Under the pieces are notes generated by a model that searched no databases, had not been told where the DNA came from, and saw nothing but the letters and a program-made list of their open reading frames with translations. The position numbers were made by a program, and so were the translations under genes. Positions 27,734-35,402 of a stretch of 37,672 nt of DNA are shown here, piece by piece. Positions within the stretch are counted from its first letter, which is position 1. Each line of letters begins with the position of its first letter. Origin of the DNA: an uncultured Methanosarcinales archaeon (GTDB lineage Archaea > Nanobdellota > Nanobdellia > Woesearchaeales > SKGA01); assembly GCA_964611285.1 (NCBI GenBank), contig CAZSZY010000003.1:1-37672 (forward strand). The letters run 5' to 3'.

Positions 27734-28630
27734 TCACCTGTTGTTTGTTTCTATAAAACCTAATTCATACACGTCTTGAACTTGAGAGCGAGCTCCAAGA
27801 TTAGGTGTAGAAATGTTATAACTACCATTTTTTGCTTTTACCAAAAGCGTTTCATTTAATGATTCAGAAGGAATAACGCTAGAGTAGCCATCAGTTGCAC
27901 GAACGCTAGCAGTCGTACTTCCAAAACTACTAAGTGGAATAGAATCTTTTGTATCACTAGCAACCAAAAGAGCTTCTAATTGTTTGTACATGAACTTTCC
28001 TTTTTCATCAGGCATAACAAAGCCAAATATGCCAGAAGAAACAGCATCAACGGACTCCAGACCTGTTAAATATAATACTTCATCTTTATGATTTGCAATC
28101 ACATCATGAGGCGTATCAATGAGATTAGTTTTATTAGTCATAGATGACGATAATAATAATTCTGTATTATCGAAAGGAACAATAAGTTGCTGACCATCAG
28201 AAGACGTGAACCTATATGAATTAAGGCCAACACCCATTCCAGCTATTTTTACATCACCTAAGATTTGATCAAAGTCAACGCCTTTCATGTTCATTTTGTA
28301 GTGAGTGGGTTTGTTTGGCAATGTTGTTGTACAAATAACATTTACACGCTCAGCAATAAAATCAGCTCTAGCAATTGCCTCGTAAGGAATTGCAATAGGA
28401 TGTGCATTATCAATTGTTATAGTTATAGGAAACGCTTTATATGCCGAATAACTAAGAATATCTGGTGCTTTACCAATACTCAAATTAATAGGGTTAAAAG
28501 AAGTTGAAACAGGAGGCGCATGAACTTTGTTAAGCACATATGCCGTGAGAAGACTTGCACCCACAACTACTCCTGCTAGTGTTGTAAGAATTCCTCGTCT
28601 ATCCAATAAAGCAGTCTTTTCAAAAACCAT
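27734..28630 (-). CDS. Exported protein with twin-arginine-like signal and two sulfite-oxidase-fold-like repeats
   Basis: DRRGIL + hydrophobic helix; VNVIC100...KGVDFDQIL...FTSSDG, then VRATDGYS...VQDVYEL. Confidence 0.55.
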   Translation of the reverse strand: MVFEKTALLDRRGILTTLAGVVVGASLLTAYVLNKVHAPPVSTSFNPINLSIGKAPDILSYSAYKAFPITITIDNAHPIAIPYEAIARADFIAERVNVICTTTLPNKPTHYKMNMKGVDFDQILGDVKIAGMGVGLNSYRFTSSDGQQLIVPFDNTELLLSSSMTNKTNLIDTPHDVIANHKDEVLYLTGLESVDAVSSGIFGFVMPDEKGKFMYKQLEALLVASDTKDSIPLSSFGSTTASVRATDGYSSVIPSESLNETLLVKAKNGSYNISTPNLGARSQVQDVYELGFIETNNR

Positions 28631-28643
28631 ATACCATCATTTC

Positions 28644-29618
28644 CTATTGTGCTTGTACTACAGTAATTGCTGCGACATTTATAATATCTTCGGCAGAGCA
28701 ACCACGAGAAAGATCATTCATTGGTTTACGTAAACCTTGAATAATAGGGCCAATAGCACTATATCCACCAAGACGTTGCGTCACTTTATAACAGATATTA
28801 CCTGAATTTAAATCAGGAAAGACAAAAACATTTGCATGACCACTCACAGGACTGCCAGGACATTTAGACTCGCCAACTTTAGCAATATATGCTGCATCAA
28901 ATTGCATTTCGCCATCAACAGCCATATCAGGTGCTCGCTCTTTCACAACTTTTGTTGCTTTGGCTACTTTATCCACCATCTCGTGTTTTGCCGAACCTCG
29001 AGTTGAAAAAGAAAGCATGGCAACTTTAGGTTCCATACCAAAAGACTTTGCTGAGTTATGTGTTGCAATAGCAATATCTGCTAATTCTGCAGGATTAGGA
29101 TTAACAACAAAAGCGCAATCAGCAAATAATAATTTTTCATCACCTTTAAGCATTAAGAAGTAACTTGATGCAATACTAAATCCTTCTTCTAAACCAATGA
29201 TTTGGACAGCAGGTCTTATAGTTTCTGACGTTGGATGTGTTGCGCCTGTAACACAACCATCTGCATGCTTCATGTGCACCATCATAGCAGAGAAATATTT
29301 CACGTCACATAGAAGTTCTTTTGCTTTAGTTTCATCTACACCTTTATGACCGCGGAGTTTAACAAGTTCTGTGATGTATGCATCCATGTGTTGGTCATAA
29401 ACAGGGTCACGAATTTCCATACCTTCTAAAGAAATACCTAGTTCGTTTGCTTTAGCATCAATAGTTGGTTTATCACCAATAAGAAATGGTGTTGCCAAAC
29501 CTTGCTTGACAATTTCAACTGCGGCAGTGAGCACACGCTCATCTGTACTTTCTGGTAGAATAATTCGTTTTGGATTGGCTTTTGCTTTGTCCTTAATAAT
29601 TGTTAAAATATCGCTCAT
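28644..29618 (-). CDS. pta: Phosphate acetyltransferase
   Basis: ILPE..DERVL.AA, FADCA, AMLSFSTRGS, DGEMQFDAA, FPDLNSGNI.YK, NDLSRG. Confidence 0.97.
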   Translation of the reverse strand: MSDILTIIKDKAKANPKRIILPESTDERVLTAAVEIVKQGLATPFLIGDKPTIDAKANELGISLEGMEIRDPVYDQHMDAYITELVKLRGHKGVDETKAKELLCDVKYFSAMMVHMKHADGCVTGATHPTSETIRPAVQIIGLEEGFSIASSYFLMLKGDEKLLFADCAFVVNPNPAELADIAIATHNSAKSFGMEPKVAMLSFSTRGSAKHEMVDKVAKATKVVKERAPDMAVDGEMQFDAAYIAKVGESKCPGSPVSGHANVFVFPDLNSGNICYKVTQRLGGYSAIGPIIQGLRKPMNDLSRGCSAEDIINVAAITVVQAQ

Positions 29619-29673
29619 ACACGCACCTAATGCAAATTAGTATTTAATCGCTTATATAGCTTTTTATTCAGGA

Positions 29674-30387
29674 CTATAAGTTACGAGGCAGAGTTTTGTA
29701 CTTAATTTTCCCAGGAAATAACTTTTGAAACCAAATTACATAATACTCATGAGCCACACCAACAGAATCTGCACCGCCAAACATATCTAAGAACTCGTTG
29801 AGTTGAGGTTTAAGTTCCTCTATAATCAAATTTATCTTTATTGCCATATCGGATGTGCACCAGACCAAACCATTTTCAAGAATAAATTTTCCATCTGTAG
29901 AAACAAAAAACGCAGTATCAAAAAACTCATTAGTAGAATATTCCTGCGAAGAAGGATATTCCATCTTCCCATCCTTAGTCCACAAAAAAGCAGGATTAGT
30001 AAAAAAAGGAGCTGCATCAATAGTTGAAATACTTGAATCACTTAACAAATCATCACAAAAAGCACCATAATCAATTACCTGACGAAGAAAGACTAATGGA
30101 ATAACAAATCTATCTTCTGGGCGAATAACTTCTTCGTCAGAACTTGTATGTGGATCAAAACTAATTTTCTCAAAACCCTTAATAAAAGACTTTTCTTTAA
30201 GTAAATCAAAAGTAATCCTGAGTTTTAATAATAAATGTACTCTAGACGTAATAAGAAATTCACGAAAAGAACCGAAAGGAGCATCGACAGGAAATAGCTC
30301 TATTCTTTCGAGAGTATTGTCTAGAGGTTCACTTAACTCCATGGCTCTAGTTATATCTGCAACTTCTTTAATATAGGTAGGAATCAT
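29674..30387 (-). CDS. Hypothetical protein
   Basis: 237-aa ORF filling the intergenic space; no family recognised. Confidence 0.55.
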   Translation of the reverse strand: MIPTYIKEVADITRAMELSEPLDNTLERIELFPVDAPFGSFREFLITSRVHLLLKLRITFDLLKEKSFIKGFEKISFDPHTSSDEEVIRPEDRFVIPLVFLRQVIDYGAFCDDLLSDSSISTIDAAPFFTNPAFLWTKDGKMEYPSSQEYSTNEFFDTAFFVSTDGKFILENGLVWCTSDMAIKINLIIEELKPQLNEFLDMFGGADSVGVAHEYYVIWFQKLFPGKIKYKTLPRNL

Positions 30388-30439
30388 AAGAAAAAGGAAA
30401 TAAGAAGCAAATAAAAAGATTACTAAAATGTAAAAAGAA

Positions 30440-31342
30440 TTACATCTGTTCTAAACGCTTAATACGCTCTTCTATTGGAGGATGTGTAGACCACATCTTT
30501 GTCCACAACCCCTTCTTCTTTCTAAATGGTGTGGAAATAAACAAGTGAGCTGTTGCTTTATTTGCCTTATCAACTAAAGGATCAGGATCTTTTGAAATCT
30601 TTTTTAGAGCATGAGCAAGTCCAGGAGGATATCTTGTGAGCAAAGCACCTGCTGCATCTGCTGCATATTCTCTTTTTCTGCTAATGGAAAGTTTTACGAG
30701 TTGAGCAATTAAAGGCGCTAGAATTGCAAGCGCAATAGCAATAACAATCATAATAACATTACCATTACCTTCTCTATTACTACCACGACCACCGCCAAAG
30801 AGAAAGCCACGAAGCATCATATCACTTAGTAAAATAATAGCACCAACAAAAACAGCAGCGAAAAGCATCATACGAATATCATAATTTTTAATATGCGACA
30901 TCTCGTGTGCAACAACACCTTCCAATTCTTCACGATTAAGTTTTTCCATTAAACCAGTTGTGACAGTTATAGAACCATGTTTTGGATCTCGCCCTGTTGC
31001 AAATGCATTAAGCGCACTATCTTTAATCACATATGCTTTTGGTGTTGGAATTCCAGCTGCAATTGCAAGTCCTTCTATCGTATGAAATAAATGAGGGTGT
31101 TCCTGCTTGGTTGCTGGTTTTGCGCCCATAGCAGAAAGTACCATCTTATCTCCTGAAAAAAATGCAAGTGGTAAGTAAATGACTAAAACTAAGACTGCAA
31201 TAACCACCCCTATGGAAGAATATCCTGTGAAGACTAAACCAATAGCCATTCCTAGAGCCAGAATAAGAATAACAAAAATAAAAATAAGAAATACGGATTT
31301 AACTTTATTTCTCCGTACTTCATTAAACGCTATACGAGTCAT
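30440..31342 (-). CDS. htpX: Zinc metalloprotease HtpX (M48)
   Basis: NAFATG, HEMSH, SRKREYAAD, STHPPIEERI. Confidence 0.95.
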   Translation of the reverse strand: MTRIAFNEVRRNKVKSVFLIFIFVILILALGMAIGLVFTGYSSIGVVIAVLVLVIYLPLAFFSGDKMVLSAMGAKPATKQEHPHLFHTIEGLAIAAGIPTPKAYVIKDSALNAFATGRDPKHGSITVTTGLMEKLNREELEGVVAHEMSHIKNYDIRMMLFAAVFVGAIILLSDMMLRGFLFGGGRGSNREGNGNVIMIVIAIALAILAPLIAQLVKLSISRKREYAADAAGALLTRYPPGLAHALKKISKDPDPLVDKANKATAHLFISTPFRKKKGLWTKMWSTHPPIEERIKRLEQM

Positions 31343-31354
31343 TACTACTAGCCT

Positions 31355-31906
31355 CTAAAACTTCACTTCAACGTTTTTCTTTTCTTCAGCAGTTGCTTCA
31401 AAAGAAGATTGCTCATCAAAGCCCAGCATACCAGCAAAAACATTGTTTGGAAATTTCTGAATTTTCGTGTTGAAAATCATAACCATATCGTTGTAGTGTT
31501 GTCGTGAGTACGCAATTTTATTTTCCGTGCCAGTAATTTCTTCCTGAAGCTGCATAAAGTTTTGATTAGCTTTTAGGTCAGGATAATTTTCTGCAACAGC
31601 AAATAATGATTTAAGCATACCAGATAACTCGCCACTAGCCTTAGCAGTATCAGCAACACCACTTGCATTCATAATCGCTGAACGAGCTTTAGTAATGTTT
31701 TCTAACGTCTCCTTTTCATGCTTCATATATCCCTTAACTGTATTTACTAAATTAGGAATAAGATCATTTCTTCGTTTTAGCTGTACATCAATTTGCGCCC
31801 AAGAATTTTTTACTTGATTTCGCAGACGAATTAAAGCGTTGTACAATGCTATGATAAGTAGCAGAACTGCTCCTACAATAATTACTATAATTAACCATGT
31901 TTCCAT
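31355..31906 (-). CDS. lemA: LemA family protein
   Basis: [28 protein letters not shown]. Confidence 0.95.
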   Translation of the reverse strand: METWLIIVIIVGAVLLLIIALYNALIRLRNQVKNSWAQIDVQLKRRNDLIPNLVNTVKGYMKHEKETLENITKARSAIMNASGVADTAKASGELSGMLKSLFAVAENYPDLKANQNFMQLQEEITGTENKIAYSRQHYNDMVMIFNTKIQKFPNNVFAGMLGFDEQSSFEATAEEKKNVEVKF

Positions 31907-31986
31907 CGTATTTTACCCTCCGATAAGCACATAAAAAAGAGTTTGCTATTTAAAGGTTTTGGAGGTCAATCACGTATTAGGTACGG

Positions 31987-32014
31987 GTGCGCCTCGCGAA
32001 AAGCTCAACAGCAC
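31987..32014. repeat. Dispersed repeat family B, copy 2
   Basis: GTGCGCCTCGCGAAAAGCTCAACAGCAC, matches 9750-9776. Confidence 0.8.
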
Positions 32015-32073
32015 ATAAAAAAATTAGAAAAGAAAAAGAAGAGTATAAAAAGAAGACAAGACAAGAAAATAAC

Positions 32074-32580
32074 ATGAAAAAAGAGATTAAAGAACTTTTG
32101 AAAAGTAATGAGATGTATATTCATCTTAAATTAGATGCTAGAGATAGGATTTCGGTCTGGAAAAAGCTTCGATTTCCACTAATTCCCATTCTTAATCATT
32201 TTGTCTTAACTTGTTCTAAAAACCTATTTGTCTTTATGGGATTAAAACGAGGACTACTTCGATTGGTAGGCATTCACGTGGGAAAGCGAGTTGGCATAGC
32301 ACCTTCAATGATAGATCCAGTCATTCCAAAACTCATCACTATAGAAGATGACGCCATTATAGGACTAGGAAGTAAAATTCTTATTCACGAAATAACTCAA
32401 GACGATGTACGCGTAGGAAAAGTACATATCAGTAAAAAAGCAGTTATTGGCGCATACAGCATTATTCGCTGTGGCGTCACCATCGGAGAGAATGCAATTG
32501 TTGCCATGGGAAGCGTTGTGACTAAAGATATACCTGCTGGAGACGTCTGGGGCGGCGTACCTGCACGGAAGATAAAATAG
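32074..32580 (+). CDS. Hexapeptide-repeat (LbH) acyltransferase
   Basis: GVTIGENAIVAMGSVVTKDIP...GGVPAR. Start MKKEIK at 32074; the upstream GTG lies within a repeat. Confidence 0.85.
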   Translation: MKKEIKELLKSNEMYIHLKLDARDRISVWKKLRFPLIPILNHFVLTCSKNLFVFMGLKRGLLRLVGIHVGKRVGIAPSMIDPVIPKLITIEDDAIIGLGSKILIHEITQDDVRVGKVHISKKAVIGAYSIIRCGVTIGENAIVAMGSVVTKDIPAGDVWGGVPARKIK

Positions 32581-32686
32581 AGTTAATTTTAATTCTGCAT
32601 CGATAAAAGTAGAAAAAAAAGAAAAAATATCTACCATTTAGGAATTTTTAAGTTGTTTAATTTTTTGAAACATTTTGATGCCTCTT

Positions 32687-33055
32687 TTAATTATCCACAA
32701 TATCTAAAGATTTATTCACATATTCATTTGTTTTCTGAAATACTTTGAAATCTTCTGAACCAAGTAATAATGTATTTTTGCCGATGTAGTTTGATTTTAA
32801 ATCGTTATGTTTGTGAACTGTTGTATCTACAGCAAAATATCCTGAAATAGATGCAGGACCAAGTGCATCAGGGATAGAATCGTTGTTAGTATCTTCTAAA
32901 CGCATATGAGTCAATATGCCTGATGAAAGAGAATTGCTATGCATATCATCTACACCATTATTGTAAATTGAATCATTGTTACAAGAACTAGTTCCAACAA
33001 CCAAAGCCAAAGGAATGACAACATAATTTGCAATTTGTTTTAGAGTTTTATTCAT
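32687..33055 (-). CDS. Hypothetical secreted protein / lipoprotein
   Basis: Signal-like N-terminus ending GTSSC; GAGGCGA SD upstream. Confidence 0.55.
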   Translation of the reverse strand: MNKTLKQIANYVVIPLALVVGTSSCNNDSIYNNGVDDMHSNSLSSGILTHMRLEDTNNDSIPDALGPASISGYFAVDTTVHKHNDLKSNYIGKNTLLLGSEDFKVFQKTNEYVNKSLDIVDN

Positions 33056-33198
33056 AATATCGCCTCTGCTAATCAGCTAGGTATTGAAGTATTTAAATAT
33101 TTCTATTTTTTAACTACTTGGTAGTGGTATATGTGTGTTCATTTATAAATGAATGACCTTGGGTCATTATTTAAAGTGTCGCTTTTAAAAAATAAAAG

Positions 33199-33334
33199 CG
33201 CCACGACCCGGATTTGAACCGGGAATCCCAGATGGGACAAGCTCTCTGCAGAGTTACATAATCTGTTCCAGGCCTACGCTTCAAAGGCCCAAAAGCCAAG
33301 GAATTTGCGCAATACCAGATTATGCGATCGTGGC
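33199..33334 (-). tRNA. tRNA-Ser(GGA) with two introns (33274-33304 at 29/30; 33244-33265 at 37/38)
   Basis: Removing 31+22 nt gives 83 nt with CAAGC-CT-GGA-AA-GCTTG, colinear with tRNA-Ser(CGA). Intron 1 has BHB helix GCGC/GCGU. Sits in the conserved archaeal tuf-rps10-tRNA-Ser order. Confidence 0.9.
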
Positions 33335-33366
33335 GCGAAAATTTACTTTGAGCGTTATGATTGCAT

Positions 33367-33410
33367 GCCAAGGAAACGAGCAAACGTTTACCGCTGTATG
33401 CGATCGTGGC
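33367..33410 (-). pseudogene. Degenerate duplicate of the tRNA-Ser(GGA) 5' half
   Basis: Exact 14-nt GCCACGATCGCATA (33397-33410) plus TTCCTTGGC (33367-33375), which matches the start of intron 1. Confidence 0.7.
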
Positions 33411-33566
33411 AAAAATAGGAGTAATACAATAGATTGCAATCTAGCTATGTTTAAAAATGTTATGTGATAAAAAAAGATAGAAAAATGCTAAAAAATAAGA
33501 AAAATAAATGGTAATTAAACCGCGTTAAAATTTGCTATGCAAATTCACTGGGTTTTCGCCTTTGGC

Positions 33567-33872
33567 TCAAACCATTTCAATCTCAATATTGAGACCTTCA
33601 GGGATTGGAACTCGCATAATAAGTCGAAGAGCTCTTTCGTCAACGCCAATATCAATGAGTCTTTTGTGAATTCTCATTTCAAAGCGATCCCACGAAGCTT
33701 TTCCTTCTCCACTCGGGCTTTTTCTTGTTGTTACTTTAAGTCTCTTGGTTGGTAATGGAATAGGACCTCTAATCACAACACCTGTTTTTTCAGCGATACT
33801 TTTGATATAATCGCATGTCTCGTTGACTTTATTAATGTCTGAACTTGCTAGTTTGATTCTTGCTTTCTGCAT
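33567..33872 (-). CDS. rpsJ: 30S ribosomal protein S10 (uS10)
   Basis: [37 protein letters not shown]. Start at 33872. Confidence 0.97.
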   Translation of the reverse strand: MQKARIKLASSDINKVNETCDYIKSIAEKTGVVIRGPIPLPTKRLKVTTRKSPSGEGKASWDRFEMRIHKRLIDIGVDERALRLIMRVPIPEGLNIEIEMV

Positions 33873-33930
33873 ATTATTTACCCATGTATGATCAGGAACA
33901 TCCGATTCGTGATCCATAAAAAAATAAAGG

Positions 33931-33981
33931 AAAAATGCTCAAAAACGATAAACGTTTCTGGCACGCTTCACAGCGAATTGA
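33931..33981 (-). repeat. Dispersed repeat family A, copy 2: double hairpin plus U-tract directly after tuf
   Basis: CGCT-GTGA-AGCG, then TGCCAGAAACG...CGTTTTTGAGCA, then TTTTT on the minus strand. Confidence 0.75.
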
Positions 33982-33982
33982 C

Positions 33983-35254
33983 TTACGCTTTTTTAACTAA
34001 GTCAATACACATTCCTGCTGCAACAGTTGAACCAGAGTCTCGAATAGCAAAGTTTGCCATTTGTGGAAACTCACTTTTCTTCTCAATTACAAGAGGAACA
34101 GTTGGTTTAATTTTAACAACAGCAGCGTCTCCATTTCGGATGAAGTCTGGTTTATCCACAGCTTCAGGACTTACCTTTTTAACAATCTCTGTTATTTGGC
34201 AAGCAACTTGGCTTGTGTGAATGTGGAATACTGGTGTATAACCAACAGTAATAACGCTAGGATGGTTGAGTACAACAATTTGTCCAGTAAATTCACTTAC
34301 AACGGACGGGATGTTGTCTTCTGTACCAATAACGTCTCCACGTGCTAAATCTTTTTTACCAAAACCACGTACTGAAATACCTACATTATCTCCAGGTTGA
34401 GCTTTTTGCATTAATTCGTGATGCATTTCAATAGTTTTACATTCGCCACGAACGCCTTTTCCTTCTCGGCCAGGCATTGCAATAACTTTGTCGCCAATTT
34501 TTAGAACACCAGTTTCAATTCGACCTACAGGAACAACACCGATACCGGTAATGTTGTAAACGTCTTGAACAGGCATACGTAAAGGTAATTCTGTTGGTTT
34601 TTCAGGAACAGATAACTCATCCATTGCTTGGATAATAGTTGGACCTGTGTACCAAGTCATATTTTCGCTTTTCTTAACAACGTTGTCGCCTTTAAGAGAT
34701 GCGATAGGAATGAATTTAATTTCTTCCGGTTTGTAACCAACACTTTTTAGTAGAGTTGAAACTTCTTCAACAACTGCATTGTATCGTTTTTCAGCGTAAT
34801 CTTGTAAGTCCATTTTGTTGATAGCAACAATTAATTGTTGTACGCCAAGTGTTCGACTTAGGAATACGTGTTCTTTAGTTTGTGCATTAACGCCATCGTT
34901 AGCTGCAACTACTAAAACACCAGCATCTGCTTGTGATGCACCTGTAATCATGTTCTTAACAAAGTCTCTGTGACCTGGAGCATCGATAATAGTGAAGTAA
35001 TATTTGTCTGTTTCGAACTTTTTGTGAGCGAGGTCGATAGTTACACCACGTTCTTGTTCTTCTTTTAGACCATCCATTACGTATGCAAATTCGAAACCTG
35101 CTTTACCAAGCTGTTCTGCTTTTTCTCGAAGTTTTCGAAGCTGCTGTTCGCTGATAGTTCCGCTATCGAACATTAATCGTCCAACAGTTGTTGATTTACC
35201 ATGGTCTACATGACCAATAAATACTAAATTGATGTGTTCTTTTTCGCTTGCCAT
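33983..35254 (-). CDS. tuf: Elongation factor aEF-1alpha
   Basis: [28 protein letters not shown]; archaeal type. Confidence 0.98.
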   Translation of the reverse strand: MASEKEHINLVFIGHVDHGKSTTVGRLMFDSGTISEQQLRKLREKAEQLGKAGFEFAYVMDGLKEEQERGVTIDLAHKKFETDKYYFTIIDAPGHRDFVKNMITGASQADAGVLVVAANDGVNAQTKEHVFLSRTLGVQQLIVAINKMDLQDYAEKRYNAVVEEVSTLLKSVGYKPEEIKFIPIASLKGDNVVKKSENMTWYTGPTIIQAMDELSVPEKPTELPLRMPVQDVYNITGIGVVPVGRIETGVLKIGDKVIAMPGREGKGVRGECKTIEMHHELMQKAQPGDNVGISVRGFGKKDLARGDVIGTEDNIPSVVSEFTGQIVVLNHPSVITVGYTPVFHIHTSQVACQITEIVKKVSPEAVDKPDFIRNGDAAVVKIKPTVPLVIEKKSEFPQMANFAIRDSGSTVAAGMCIDLVKKA

Positions 35255-35340
35255 TTTATTATGACCCCCTTTGAGGAATATTACATGTTAAACGCGCCCA
35301 AAAATGTGCTACGTTTCTACTCGTGTGGAAACAGACTTTA

Positions 35341-35348
35341 TTTATAAA
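35341..35348 (-). promoter_or_regulatory. TATA box for an internal tuf promoter
   Basis: TTTATAAA in the fusA-tuf spacer, ~85 nt upstream of the ATG; SD-like AGGGGG near the start. Confidence 0.5.
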
Positions 35349-35402
35349 GCTTACGTTCCAATACTAAAAATAAACAAAATAAACAAAAGCCCTTAGAAGG
35401 GC

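Noticed and set aside
27716-27740. Frameshifted ackA start (out-of-frame ATG AAA resembling MKILV)
   Set aside because: That ATG is only 2 nt from the SD; the in-frame GTG at 27724 gives a full-length AckA.
33171-33383. 70-aa ORF
   Set aside because: Coincides with tRNA-Ser(GGA) and its duplicate.
33873-33917. 15-aa N-terminal extension of S10 or a regulatory leader hairpin
   Set aside because: Homologous S10 begins at MQKARI; the GAUCA/UGAUC hairpin is weak evidence for a regulatory element without comparative data.
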